Origin: Candidatus Woesearchaeota archaeon
Lineage (GTDB): Archaea > Nanobdellota > Nanobdellia > Woesearchaeales > 0-14-0-80-44-23
NCBI GenBank assembly: GCA_038874135.1
Contig: JAVZCZ010000001.1
Coordinates: forward strand, 751,219-815,218
Direction: 5' to 3'
DNA: 64,000 nt
Shown here: one piece after another, positions 53,952-63,765 of the stretch
How the letters are laid out: each line of letters starts with the position of its first letter
Position numbering within the stretch: the first letter of the stretch is position 1
Program-made: the position numbers and the translations under genes
Notes under the pieces: model-generated
Database searches by the model: none
Seen by the model: the letters and a program-made list of their open reading frames with translations, nothing else
What the model was told of the DNA's origin: nothing

Positions 53952-55820
53952 CTATGCGTTTATTAGAATTTCCATTTTTGGACCGAATATTTTTTTTAGA
54001 GACTCAAAGCTTTTCTCCTTTATGAACACCACAGGCGCTTTTTCCAGCTTTGCAAGTTCAGAGTCCATCTCTTCAAAGCTGCTTTCTCTCAACTCAGATA
54101 TCTCGCCATCCTCATTCACATTTGCCATTTGAACCTTCTTCCCCTCCTGCTCTGTCTTTATTATGAAGGCGGCCTTTTCCAGCATTATTACTTCTGCATA
54201 TTTATTTTCATCATACTTTATCTTGATCTTTACTCGTTCAATCTGCTGTACATGGTACCTCTGCAGATATTCTATAACATACTTTATAAATTCGGAGAAG
54301 GAATTCTTGAGCCTTTGAAGCTCCGCCTTGTCCAGTTTTCGTTCTTCGTAATCTTTTTTTCCCTTGATTATCTCTCTAAGTAGCCTGCTGAACTTTTCAG
54401 GCATCTTTCCAGTGTTAACAAGATGCTTTTCAAACAGTTCGGCAATTTCTTCTTCTGAAGCTTGAGTTATGCCTTCTGTTTTTAGAATGTCTCTTACAGC
54501 GGTTATAGTGCTTTCATATATGCTCCTCATGCTTTCCTCTTCTTTCATCTTGTTTATCTGGCTAAATAGGCGTTGTATCCTCTTTAGATATGCCTTTGCG
54601 TCTGTGAGAAGCTGGTCTATCTCTTTTCCAGTCAGCTCCTTCTTTTCCCCATGCTCAATGTCTTTTCTTACTTTTATATTTCTCTCTAATATGTCAACAT
54701 ATTTTTCTTCTAGAAGTCCTTCTTTCTTTACAAAGATTTCTCGCATCATCTCAGCAGTTTCTCTAGGAGCTGGCGGTGGCACGCCGTACAGCATTAGAGC
54801 TGCCTGTGATGGGGTAAGAATTGCATAGTATATGTCTTCCATTCCTATATCTTTCAGTTTCGTCTCAACATGGTTGAGCATCTGTTCTCCCGTGCTCATA
54901 AACATGTCTATTGCTTCCTGAGAGGGCTTTATCCTACCCATCTTTAAAAGCTGCTTCCAAGGCATAAATATTCCTCTATCGTATAATGGCACTCCGTCCC
55001 TCAACAGGGTGAATATTATTGGATTCGCTTCTCTGAGAGAGTCCCAGAAGTCAGTAAGTATGTACACTTGTATGTTTAGCTTATTTTTTATTCCTGTAAT
55101 CTCTCCGGCTTCTATTCCCATGCTTATTATTATTGCCCTCAGCTTGTCTTTGAGCTCAGCTCTAGTCATTCTCTTAACATCAGTGTCGTCAATAACAACC
55201 CACACGTCAATATCTGAATTCTTAGTTGCCTTCCCCTTAACAAGAGATCCTGCTAATACGTAACTCACTATGTACTTCTCAAATTTCTTAATTACCATTG
55301 ACTTGTGAATTTCTCCAATCTTTATTGCAGAGAGCATTCCATTGTCATAAACTGGCGCCGCCATTGCTATTGTTTGTAAAAGCTCATATTTACCGTCGTA
55401 GCAGGACTGCCACAGCTCTGAAAGTAGCACAGTTTTGGGCACCAGCTTTTCATCTACTTCTCTTGCCATCTGCTCAACTATTGATGCCAGCTTTAGAGAA
55501 AGCTCGTCTTTGCTCATCTTCTTTGAATCAGAATCATCAACTAGGATTAGTAAAGGAAGCTGCTGTTTTCCATCTTTTTTCTCATCTTCCTTATTTTCAG
55601 GCGGGAGCAGTGCTATCCCAACCACATAGTTTGAGAACTTTTCTAAAAGTCTCTTCTTAAACTCGTCAATCTTTCCCTTTAATTCCAGAATGTTCTTCTT
55701 AGTCTCTTCCGGAAGCTGCGTAATGAGTTTGTCAGTATCATTACTTTCAGCCTGCTGATTAATTCCCATTTTTTGAGAATTATCATTTTTTTCTTCTGCC
55801 TTTTTCCTTGCCATAAACAT
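53952..55820 (-). CDS. Large nucleotidyltransferase-domain protein with a probable HEPN-like region (fused NTase-HEPN architecture).
   Basis: 'GSLVKGKATKNSDIDVWVVIDD' is the pol-beta-type NTase G[SG]...DxD motif. Downstream, 'VRKDIEHGE' fits the HEPN Rx4-6H motif. An upstream segment 'VVGIALLPP...LLILVDDSD' looks like a degenerate second NTase unit. Confidence 0.6.
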   Translation of the reverse strand: MFMARKKAEEKNDNSQKMGINQQAESNDTDKLITQLPEETKKNILELKGKIDEFKKRLLEKFSNYVVGIALLPPENKEDEKKDGKQQLPLLILVDDSDSKKMSKDELSLKLASIVEQMAREVDEKLVPKTVLLSELWQSCYDGKYELLQTIAMAAPVYDNGMLSAIKIGEIHKSMVIKKFEKYIVSYVLAGSLVKGKATKNSDIDVWVVIDDTDVKRMTRAELKDKLRAIIISMGIEAGEITGIKNKLNIQVYILTDFWDSLREANPIIFTLLRDGVPLYDRGIFMPWKQLLKMGRIKPSQEAIDMFMSTGEQMLNHVETKLKDIGMEDIYYAILTPSQAALMLYGVPPPAPRETAEMMREIFVKKEGLLEEKYVDILERNIKVRKDIEHGEKKELTGKEIDQLLTDAKAYLKRIQRLFSQINKMKEEESMRSIYESTITAVRDILKTEGITQASEEEIAELFEKHLVNTGKMPEKFSRLLREIIKGKKDYEERKLDKAELQRLKNSFSEFIKYVIEYLQRYHVQQIERVKIKIKYDENKYAEVIMLEKAAFIIKTEQEGKKVQMANVNEDGEISELRESSFEEMDSELAKLEKAPVVFIKEKSFESLKKIFGPKMEILINA

Positions 55821-55927
55821 CTCCTCTATTTTTTCTTACTTTACCACTTACTTTACCGGCATATATAAAGGTTTCCAAACAAAGTTTTAAATAATCATCT
55901 GTCTTCTAACCCTACAGGTGGTTTAAT

Positions 55928-56542
55928 ATGGGAGTTGACTATGCTAAGATTGAGCAGAGGATACTTGACGAGGCACTTCCGGGAGCCGAAACCTTGGAGT
56001 CCTTGATATATGGAGCTTACTATAAAATTCTGGATTCTGATGAGCTGCACTATAAAGAGCACGCATTTGAAGATGTTCATAAGGATAAACTTGTAAATGA
56101 GATTATCAGTAGATTGAAGCAGTTCTTTTTGGCGAAAAACGAGGACTACAAGCAAATGGACAAGGAGCTGTTTGATAAGAATTTTAACGATTATATAATG
56201 AAAAGCGTTTTCGGTATAACTCCTTCTGAGCTAAGAGAACAGTTCATGGATTTAAAAAGGATAACTCATCAACACATAAGCCAAATCGCATCCTCAATCT
56301 CTAGAAACTATTATTCTTATACAGTGCATTCTGCCTTTTCCGACATTAAAAGTTTAAGTGACATCAAGGGCGCTTTTGACTACCTCAAAAACAGCTACAA
56401 GTCTTTAGGTATTAATCCTCCAGATTTTGAAAAGAAGATTGCCGAGTCACCTAATAAACTGCCCATGGATATTGTAAAGCAGCACTACTTAGAGGTTGCA
56501 AGCCAGAAGTATGAAAATAAGCTGAAACAGAAGTATTCTTAA
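55928..56542 (+). CDS. Hypothetical cytoplasmic protein.
   Basis: 204-aa ORF with no recognisable motifs. Confidence 0.45.
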   Translation: MGVDYAKIEQRILDEALPGAETLESLIYGAYYKILDSDELHYKEHAFEDVHKDKLVNEIISRLKQFFLAKNEDYKQMDKELFDKNFNDYIMKSVFGITPSELREQFMDLKRITHQHISQIASSISRNYYSYTVHSAFSDIKSLSDIKGAFDYLKNSYKSLGINPPDFEKKIAESPNKLPMDIVKQHYLEVASQKYENKLKQKYS

Positions 56543-56569
56543 CTTTTAACTTTTGCAGCTAAAATTTTT

Positions 56570-57238
56570 TTATCTTAACTTTTTTGAAAGCCCGCTGGCT
56601 ATAAAGCCGAATGGAGCCATGAGCCAGCTTCCTCCTGCAAGTGTTTTCTTTAAACGGATTGCTTTTTCCAATGAAAGGGATTCTGAAAATGTAGTGTAGC
56701 CCGATCCAACTTCAAAAGGGAAGTGCGCATCAGAGCCACCTGTTCTTGCAATTTTGTACTTCTGAGCTGCAACTTCTGCATTCCTGTTTGCTCCAGGCAC
56801 TATGTTTCTCGCGTTAAATGTTTCAATTGCATCCACAACTTTAGCTGCCCTTTTGAGATCTCCGCTGAAATTCTTCCTGAACCGCGTAAAGGGGTGCGCT
56901 ATTGAGCAGAGAGCCCCCTGCCGTCTTATCTCATCTATAACATCTTCAAACCTGCCCGGGCGTATCCTCTCATTAAGATAATACGCAAGTATCTCCCCCT
57001 TATCAGTAAGGATTTCCTCTCCAATCACAACTTCAAAAGTTTTGTTAGAAAATAGCTTCTTTGCAAGCTTCTTGGCTTCTAAAGCACCTCTAATCTCGTT
57101 GTGGTCTGTTATTGCAATACCATCTAGCCCTCTAATCTTCGCGAACCTCAAAGTGTCTTTAATGCTCTGAAAACTGCATTTGGAGTAAATCGTGTGGCAG
57201 TGAAGATCATACCTAAGCTTTTTCTCATCCGAGTCCAT
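56570..57238 (-). CDS. PHP-domain metal-dependent phosphoesterase.
   Basis: 'YDLHCHTIYS', 'IAITDHNEIRG' and 'GGSDAHFP' are PHP histidine/aspartate motifs. Confidence 0.8.
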   Translation of the reverse strand: MDSDEKKLRYDLHCHTIYSKCSFQSIKDTLRFAKIRGLDGIAITDHNEIRGALEAKKLAKKLFSNKTFEVVIGEEILTDKGEILAYYLNERIRPGRFEDVIDEIRRQGALCSIAHPFTRFRKNFSGDLKRAAKVVDAIETFNARNIVPGANRNAEVAAQKYKIARTGGSDAHFPFEVGSGYTTFSESLSLEKAIRLKKTLAGGSWLMAPFGFIASGLSKKLR

Positions 57239-57322
57239 GCTCGCAGTTTTTCTCAGGTTAAATATAAAACTTGTGCTTCCGCAAAATTTTTATAACCTTA
57301 TCAGATAATCAAAAACCTGTGT

Positions 57323-57394
57323 GCGGCCGTGGTCTAGCGGCTATGATTCGAGCTTCCCAAGCTTGCGACCCGGGTTCGAATCCCGGCGGCCGCA
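57323..57394 (+). tRNA. tRNA-Gly (CCC).
   Basis: The acceptor is GCGGCCG/CGGCCGC and the discriminator is A. The anticodon stem-loop is CGAGC-UUCCCAA-GCUUG and the T-arm is CCGGGUUCGAAUCCCGG. A TATA-like AATTTTTATAA lies ~30 nt upstream. Confidence 0.85.
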
Positions 57395-57465
57395 TTTTTC
57401 ACTTCTTAATAGAGAAAAAATTTAAATATTGCACTGTCTAAAGAGTTTTTGTAGGGGGTGTTTTT

Positions 57466-58713
57466 ATGAAAGCTTGGAAGAAGTTTTTAGTCGGCGCTGT
57501 TGTTGGTGGGGCTCTGCTCGTATCAGCTTTAGTGCCAAGCTGTCAGAAGCAGCATTCAAACTTTTACATCCTTGATGAGTGGGCGGTTATGGAAGGATGC
57601 ACTTCAAGTTCAAATTTTTCAGCAAAGGGCGTTCCTAAGCTGGAGATGATTGTTAAGCAGCCGGTTGTCTACATAAGGTCTGAATCTGAGATGGATGATT
57701 TGGATTTAAGGTTTGAGCTTCCCACTATTTCAAGTAGGAATTCCGTATTAGTATACCCTCAAGCTTCAGTTTCTGAAAGCGCTGTTGAGTGGAACAATGT
57801 TAAAGTGTTCAGCTCTATTAACAAGGTTGTAAATCCTGCGAAATCAGGAAACTCAGACCTGGACGCTCTGCTAGATGTACTTGGAGAGACCGATTCAAAC
57901 ATATTAAGTGTCGGTTCAACAAGGTCAAAATTCTTATTTTATGAGGCGGAGCTTAAATTTTCAAATCCGGTCAGAATCTCTTATGATAATGAAGAGGTGC
58001 GAATAAGAAACATTGCAGATTACACATTAGAAAATTTGGTTTTTTCTGCAGAGTTTCCGACAGGGGAAAGTCCAATCTTCGGCAGGAACTACTTTGCAAC
58101 TGCAGCCAAGCTTAATCCTGGAGAGGAGCTTGTGCTTAAACTTTCAGAGAATGCTCCTGAATATTCAATATTTAAGGATGACCTAATTAGATTGGGCTTT
58201 TCTGAGCGGGAGGCTGATGCATTCGTAAATACTTGGGCTTCAAAGCTTTTAAACCCAGGAATTCAAGGGCGATCTGCACAGCTGACCTTTAGGATTCCTG
58301 AAAAAGAATATGACAAAATAATCCCGTTAAAGGCAAATCCCGTTCCGAAAGATACAAACAGAGCAATGTATGTTCTGTTAGATGCTGGCTCATGCCTTAA
58401 ACCAAGTTCAGAATTATATGAGAAATATGCACAAATACTTCCGGCAGAAGCTCTGGCGCTTCTTAGAAATCCAGATTCCAAGTGGCAGCTGACTGCAGAT
58501 CCTGATTATAAGAAGTCAGAGGTAACATGCGAGGCGTGCGGCTGGATATGCTACTCAACACCAGTCCCATTTGAGTATGTTATCTCAGGAGATAGAGGAG
58601 ATCAGCTTGAGATTAGAATTAGAAATGTGCAGTGCTTCGGCAGGGTGCCAATCTTCTATTATAATAGCAAGGAATTTAGGCCTTCCCTCTCTCTTGAAGA
58701 TGTGGACAAGTAA
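57466..58713 (+). CDS. Secreted hypothetical protein.
   Basis: The N-terminal signal is FLVGAVVGGALLVSALVPSC. No recognisable domain. Confidence 0.5.
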   Translation: MKAWKKFLVGAVVGGALLVSALVPSCQKQHSNFYILDEWAVMEGCTSSSNFSAKGVPKLEMIVKQPVVYIRSESEMDDLDLRFELPTISSRNSVLVYPQASVSESAVEWNNVKVFSSINKVVNPAKSGNSDLDALLDVLGETDSNILSVGSTRSKFLFYEAELKFSNPVRISYDNEEVRIRNIADYTLENLVFSAEFPTGESPIFGRNYFATAAKLNPGEELVLKLSENAPEYSIFKDDLIRLGFSEREADAFVNTWASKLLNPGIQGRSAQLTFRIPEKEYDKIIPLKANPVPKDTNRAMYVLLDAGSCLKPSSELYEKYAQILPAEALALLRNPDSKWQLTADPDYKKSEVTCEACGWICYSTPVPFEYVISGDRGDQLEIRIRNVQCFGRVPIFYYNSKEFRPSLSLEDVDK

Positions 58714-59499
58714 TCATATTGAGAATGAGTATGTGAAGCTTTTTCCAAGGTTTCCTTTTTCCTCTTTCAAATTTTTGTATGCTTCGTATATTTCTCTTCT
58801 CCTTTCCAGCACGAGTTTCATGACTCCCTCTTTGTGTCCAGCGCCTAGAACTGCGATGACTTTTTTTCCAGGATTTGACCTCATTATTTCAACTATCCTG
58901 CTAGCCATTATCCGATTCCTGTCCTCAACGAGCACTTCATACAAGCTAGGGTACCTCTTCTTAATCTCTTCAACAGCCCTTTTTACAACTTCATCTTCAG
59001 GCACTTTTTCAAGGTCAAGCTGAACATCCTGAGCAATCATTCCGCGCTTAAACAAAATTCCACTAATTAAGTCCCAAGCCATTCTGGAAGCCTCTCTAAG
59101 CGTGAATCTTCTGGAAAACTCTTTGAGTGTAATTTCAAGGTTTCTATCTATTAAGAAGATTGGAATTTCACGCCTTTTTGCTTCCATTATTGCAGCCTTC
59201 ATATCCACGCCAGGAGTAGAGCCTATGCTTTCGCCCAAACGCTTTTGAATTATTCCTCCAATCTTAGCAAAGAGGTATCCCTTGAAGCCCAACTTTTTTG
59301 TATCTGAAAGAGATGGCCCTCTCTTTTCTTCCAGTACGCTCATTAACGCCTGCATCCTGTTTGAGTCCAGTTCTAATGCGCAGATTTCCGGAGAAAATTC
59401 TGAAAACTTGTCCCTTATTAGTTTAGAGGTTGAGGTTGCAATGTGAGAGGTTCCAACTATGAGCAACCTTTTTTTAACATATTCTTCTGCCTCGTCCAT
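58714..59499 (-). CDS. TraB/PrgY-family protein.
   Basis: 'LLIVGTSHIATSTS' and 'VIAVLGAGHKEGV' are the family signature motifs. Confidence 0.75.
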   Translation of the reverse strand: MDEAEEYVKKRLLIVGTSHIATSTSKLIRDKFSEFSPEICALELDSNRMQALMSVLEEKRGPSLSDTKKLGFKGYLFAKIGGIIQKRLGESIGSTPGVDMKAAIMEAKRREIPIFLIDRNLEITLKEFSRRFTLREASRMAWDLISGILFKRGMIAQDVQLDLEKVPEDEVVKRAVEEIKKRYPSLYEVLVEDRNRIMASRIVEIMRSNPGKKVIAVLGAGHKEGVMKLVLERRREIYEAYKNLKEEKGNLGKSFTYSFSI

Positions 59500-59600
59500 T
59501 AAAATGGCTTTTTATAGTGCTCATTATAAAGTTTATGCGCAAGATTTAAATAGTAGCAATTAAATAGTCAGCCCATCCAAAAATATGGAGGGATAAGGCT

Positions 59601-59894
59601 ATGCTCAAGATGAAGAGGATAAGTGAGATGTATGGTATGAAGGTTTTTACTGATGCTGGCGACTATTTTGGAGATGTAGAAGAGGCTGTGCTTACCTCTT
59701 CCAAGATTTATGGGTGGAGAATAAGGGCAGGCAGGGAGTCATTCCTGGGAAAGATTTTGGGAGGAGGAGCTAAGGGTGTAATTGTGCCTCACCACTTTGT
59801 TGAGAGTATAGGGGATGTTATGATTATAAGGAAGCTCGCAATACCCAGCTCTGCAACAGAAACAGCAGAGGAATCCCCGCGTGAAGAGGAGTAA
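59601..59894 (+). CDS. PRC-barrel domain protein.
   Basis: 'ISEMYGMKVFTDAGDYFGDVEEAVL....IYGWRI' is PRC-barrel-like. Length is ~97 aa. Confidence 0.65.
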   Translation: MLKMKRISEMYGMKVFTDAGDYFGDVEEAVLTSSKIYGWRIRAGRESFLGKILGGGAKGVIVPHHFVESIGDVMIIRKLAIPSSATETAEESPREEE

Positions 59895-59930
59895 TTTCTT
59901 CTTTTTACCCTGTTCTTCTGTTATCCGCTT

Positions 59931-60410
59931 ATGTCTAAGACGCTCAAATTTTTGAACACTAGAGATGCAAAGGAAGTATTAAATATTGTGAAGGAGCAGT
60001 GGGGTGCTGATTTAATATCTGAAGGATTTCTTGATAAGTTTGCTCTCATGCAGGACTCAAATAACAACATATTCATAATTTCTAAAGGAGTCTCAGCGCT
60101 CAACAGTGTCAAGCATTTGAGAATTGACTCGGCAGGATTATACTTTGGAGAATTGAAAAATGGTAATCTCAGATTGAGTATTGAAGGTTCTCAAATTGTT
60201 GGCAGGCATGCTTCAAAGAACATAGTTAAACTTTCAAGAGAGGAATGTTCTGAATGGATGAAGGGCAACTCAATTAGAAAAGACATCCCATCACACCAAG
60301 GGTACCTCATTGTTAAATACGAAAACTATTTTCTAGGCTGCGGCAGAATTAAGGACGGAATGCTCCTAAACTTTATCCCGAAGGTCAGGCGGGTTTCTGA
60401 GCCCTGGTAA
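59931..60410 (+). CDS. Small PUA-like RNA-binding protein, resembling NIP7 or a methyltransferase N-terminal domain.
   Basis: It is 159 aa. 'GLYFGELKNGNLRLSIEGSQIVG' and 'GYLIVKYENYFLGCGRIKDGMLLNFIPKVRR' resemble the pre-PUA/PUA pattern. The assignment is tentative. Confidence 0.45.
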   Translation: MSKTLKFLNTRDAKEVLNIVKEQWGADLISEGFLDKFALMQDSNNNIFIISKGVSALNSVKHLRIDSAGLYFGELKNGNLRLSIEGSQIVGRHASKNIVKLSREECSEWMKGNSIRKDIPSHQGYLIVKYENYFLGCGRIKDGMLLNFIPKVRRVSEPW

Positions 60411-61233
60411 GCTTATCTGCTTCTTCTAAAATTCTTAAAAGGTTCTCATACTTCAGGTTTTGTATCTTCTTATTGAGTATTCCCCTTCCAAGAGGGATTC
60501 TGCTAACTAGTATTCCAGCTTCCCTCTTTGTTATTTTAAGCATTTTTATGAAGATTTCACGAAGAGCATTCTTAACTAGCTTATCCCGCTGCAGGTAAAG
60601 CTCTCTAAGAAGGTATCTCTGAAACATAAGCTCAGAGGAGAGTGCTTCTTCAATACTTATTGGCTCGCGCTTCCTCACACTTACAAGTACGGTTCTGGCC
60701 TTTGGTGCCGGGCTGAATGATTCTGGAAGTATCTCCCTCACGAAGTTCATTCTTAAAAATGCGTCTGCAAAAAGCCCAAGCTTCGTATTCTTGGCAGCTA
60801 TCCTATCTGAGAACCTCTTGGGAAGGAGCAATATGGCTTTTTCATATTCTCTTAGGAAGAGTTGGTGCATAAGCGGCTCACAAATTAGGAATGGCGTGCT
60901 GGATATTATTTTGTTGAAATTAATTTTGGATATCACCTTAATTGCATCGCCTAATATCGGCTCTACATAGTCTAAGTGTTGAACTTCCTTTTTCAGGATT
61001 TCAAATGTTTTAGGTTCAATTTCAACTGCATAGACCTTTTTGCATTTTGGGATGTTCTTAGTAATTGTGCCTATGCCAGCTCCGACTTCAAAGATAATGT
61101 CTTCAGGCATGACTTCCAAGAGCGTTATTATTTCCATTATGTTGTCCCTATTGTTAAGAAAATGCTGATCCATTGACGGATCTGGACTGAAATGATACCT
61201 CTTAAAAATTATGTCCAGCTCATCTTCTTCCAT
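60385..61233 (-). CDS. ksgA: 16S rRNA (adenine-N6,N6)-dimethyltransferase (KsgA/RsmA/Dim1).
   Basis: 'QHFLNN', the SAM motif 'VFEVGAGIGTITKNI' and 'NKIISSTPFLICEPLM' support the call. Its 3' end overlaps the convergent 59931..60410 gene by 26 nt. Confidence 0.85.
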   Translation of the reverse strand: MEEDELDIIFKRYHFSPDPSMDQHFLNNRDNIMEIITLLEVMPEDIIFEVGAGIGTITKNIPKCKKVYAVEIEPKTFEILKKEVQHLDYVEPILGDAIKVISKINFNKIISSTPFLICEPLMHQLFLREYEKAILLLPKRFSDRIAAKNTKLGLFADAFLRMNFVREILPESFSPAPKARTVLVSVRKREPISIEEALSSELMFQRYLLRELYLQRDKLVKNALREIFIKMLKITKREAGILVSRIPLGRGILNKKIQNLKYENLLRILEEADKLTRAQKPA

Positions 61234-61281
61234 GCACTCTCACTTTTGTTAGAGAATTTATAACTTTTTCTTTTTAGTAAT

Positions 61282-61686
61282 TCACGCTTCTCTTATTGTG
61301 ACTAAAATCCTGGATTTCGGGCTTTTAAGATACTTCACAAGATCTCTTGACATTTGAGAAGCCGCCTTATCAGCCAATACGCCCAGCGTCCTTTCTGATT
61401 CATAGTCACTTTTTCTTATTACAATCTCCCGGTCAGAGCTAAAACTTTTATTCAGCACTGCTCTAATAGTTTCTCTGATGCCGTTTCCGCATATTTCAAT
61501 TTCAATCATATGCGATTTTACCATTTTAATGAACTCTTGGATGGCTTCTGGAGAAAAATCAGCGCTGACACCAAGAATGCAGTCTCCATTCTTAGTTAAT
61601 TCAGAGTCCTTAGTAAATTCTATTGTTTTTTTATGAGTGGCAAGTATGTTTTTATGTCCAAAGGCGTTAAAACTGACCTGCGCCAT
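61282..61686 (-). CDS. DUF371-family protein.
   Basis: 'FNAFGHKNILATHKKTIEFTKDSELTKNGDCILGVSADF' matches the DUF371 pattern. The track start at 61770 would overlap the upstream ORF, so I prefer the ATG at 61686 (MAQVSF). Confidence 0.65.
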   Translation of the reverse strand: MAQVSFNAFGHKNILATHKKTIEFTKDSELTKNGDCILGVSADFSPEAIQEFIKMVKSHMIEIEICGNGIRETIRAVLNKSFSSDREIVIRKSDYESERTLGVLADKAASQMSRDLVKYLKSPKSRILVTIREA

Positions 61687-61696
61687 TTCAAAATTC

Positions 61697-61930
61697 CTAC
61701 TGCAAAACTTCGTCAATGGGCTTCTTCTTCTCTTCTTTCTTCTGTTCAGACTGCTTCTGCCCAAGCTCAACTCCCAAATCTTTCAAAGACTTAAGATGCA
61801 TCTGCATAAGCTGTTCAACTATTGAGAGGGTCTTCAAAAATTCTTCCCTTTCCTTGGCAAGAGTAGCCAAAGCCCCCTTATGGAATCCAATTTGTTCTTC
61901 TCTGCTCATTTCGCCCTTCTTCTCAGCCAT
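61697..61930 (-). CDS. Small coiled-coil protein, unknown function.
   Basis: The ORF lies between infB and the DUF371 gene. The internal ATG (MAEKKGE) is 6 nt after the infB stop. The sequence is helical and E/K-rich. Confidence 0.4.
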   Translation of the reverse strand: MAEKKGEMSREEQIGFHKGALATLAKEREEFLKTLSIVEQLMQMHLKSLKDLGVELGQKQSEQKKEEKKKPIDEVLQ

Positions 61931-61935
61931 TTTTC

Positions 61936-63732
61936 TCACACTCCCCATAATTTATTCTCTTTTCTCATCTCCAGAGCAATTTCTCTCAGAGCCTCAACCT
62001 CATCTTCCCTTAAGTATTCCTTATAATTTTTTATCTTTACAAAATCGCTTTCAGGCATAAATGAATATAAAACATCTCCAGGATTGAGCTGTCTTCCTAT
62101 AGTAACACCTTCCAGGCTAACTGCTACTTGTTTGCCCTTAACCGCAGCAGGTATGCTCTGATTTTCCTCCTGTATTGTTTTTACTACTGTAACCTTTTTG
62201 CCATCCTTCATCAGAGGGGTTTCGGGCTTCAGAGTGCCTAACAGCACTTCAACTCCAACAATTGCCGGATTGCTCTTCCTAAATATGAAGTTTGGAAGTA
62301 TCTGAATCTTGCACGGAGAGGTTATTGAACTCAGAGCAGCTCTTTCCAACTCTTCCTTTCTGGCATCTCTCCACCTTTCAAACTCGTCAAGTAGATTATA
62401 TATTATGTTAGAAGTGATTATCTTAACCTTTGAAGAGTTCAAATACTCTTTAGCCTCCTTGTTAGGTGAGGATTCAAATGCAACTATCACTGCATTAAGC
62501 GGTTCCCTCTCCAAAGATGCCTCTGCATCTATAACATCGCTTTTAGTAATTGCTCCGAGCCCAACCTTTCTTATCTTTATCCCGCTGTTCTTAAAGAGGG
62601 TTACAACAGCTTCTAATGCTCCCAAATTTGCAGCCTTAACTATTATCCCTTCCTCCTCTGTTTCTATGAATATCTTTTTTATATCCCCCTGAACTTCATC
62701 TGATACTATACTTATCTCATTTTCCTTCCTGCATCCTAAAAAGGGCATTCCTGCAAGCATGCCTTCTGTTTCAGAACATTTGAGGCAAACTGAGGTAGCA
62801 GCAACAGCTTCCTCAACCTGCACAAGTTCATACCTTTTATCCTTTCTCGTAGGAGCCTTCTTTTCAAATATAGCTCTCACCTTAGCAGAAATGGGTCTCT
62901 CAACTCCCCCTACAACTATGAAATCTCCTTTTCTTAGAGTTCCATCATAAATTACTGCTTCAACAGTGCTTCCAAGGCCGGGTTCTTCCTTAACTTCTAA
63001 GATTGAGCCTTTAGCGTTTCCCTCAGCAGTGCAGTGAAGTCCTGAGCTTAGATATCTCTGCACAAGCCCCACTATCAAGCTTAGCAGTTCGGGAATTCCC
63101 TCGCCCGTTTTAGCAGAAACTGGAACTATTGCAATCTGTCTTGTAAAGTCCTCAACCCTGTCAAAACGTTCAGAAGCAAAGCCCATTGCGTACAATCTTT
63201 CCACTATGGTGTATATTCTCTGGTCTAGCAGCGCCTGCGTTTCACTACCCTGTTTTGAAATATTTTGTATGAGAAGCTCTTTAGGCATCGGTTCCCATCC
63301 AGGCACCATGTCAATCTTGTTTGCGGCAACTATGAACGGCGTCTTATTTGCTTTGAGAATGCCTATTACTTCCTCTGTTTGCGGCATGAACCCTTCATTT
63401 ACATCCACAACTACAACTGCAAAGTCAGCTATTGAGCCGCCCCTCTTTCTCAGGCTAACAAAGGCAGAGTGTCCCGGAGTGTCTATAAATAGTATCCCGG
63501 GAAGGTTGAAATTAATCTTTGACTTGCAAAGTATTGGCTCGCAGATGCTCTTTATGTTCTCTATAGGGATTAAATACGCATTTATGCTCTGTGTAATCTG
63601 GCCTGCTTCGGTCTTAGTTATTGAGCTGCCCATAATTCTGTCTAGCAGGGAAGACTTTCCATGGTCTACATGCCCTTCAAATACGCATATTGGGCTTCTG
63701 AGCCTCTTGTTGCTTGGGCACTGCTCTTCCAT
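61936..63732 (-). CDS. infB: Translation initiation factor aIF5B (IF-2 homolog).
   Basis: G1 is 'GHVDHGKSSLLD', G3 is 'DTPGH' and G4 is 'NKID'. The ~600-aa archaeal length and domain order fit. Confidence 0.9.
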   Translation of the reverse strand: MEEQCPSNKRLRSPICVFEGHVDHGKSSLLDRIMGSSITKTEAGQITQSINAYLIPIENIKSICEPILCKSKINFNLPGILFIDTPGHSAFVSLRKRGGSIADFAVVVVDVNEGFMPQTEEVIGILKANKTPFIVAANKIDMVPGWEPMPKELLIQNISKQGSETQALLDQRIYTIVERLYAMGFASERFDRVEDFTRQIAIVPVSAKTGEGIPELLSLIVGLVQRYLSSGLHCTAEGNAKGSILEVKEEPGLGSTVEAVIYDGTLRKGDFIVVGGVERPISAKVRAIFEKKAPTRKDKRYELVQVEEAVAATSVCLKCSETEGMLAGMPFLGCRKENEISIVSDEVQGDIKKIFIETEEEGIIVKAANLGALEAVVTLFKNSGIKIRKVGLGAITKSDVIDAEASLEREPLNAVIVAFESSPNKEAKEYLNSSKVKIITSNIIYNLLDEFERWRDARKEELERAALSSITSPCKIQILPNFIFRKSNPAIVGVEVLLGTLKPETPLMKDGKKVTVVKTIQEENQSIPAAVKGKQVAVSLEGVTIGRQLNPGDVLYSFMPESDFVKIKNYKEYLREDEVEALREIALEMRKENKLWGV

Positions 63733-63765
63733 GCATAAGAGAAATTTTGAGGTGCTTTTAAATCT

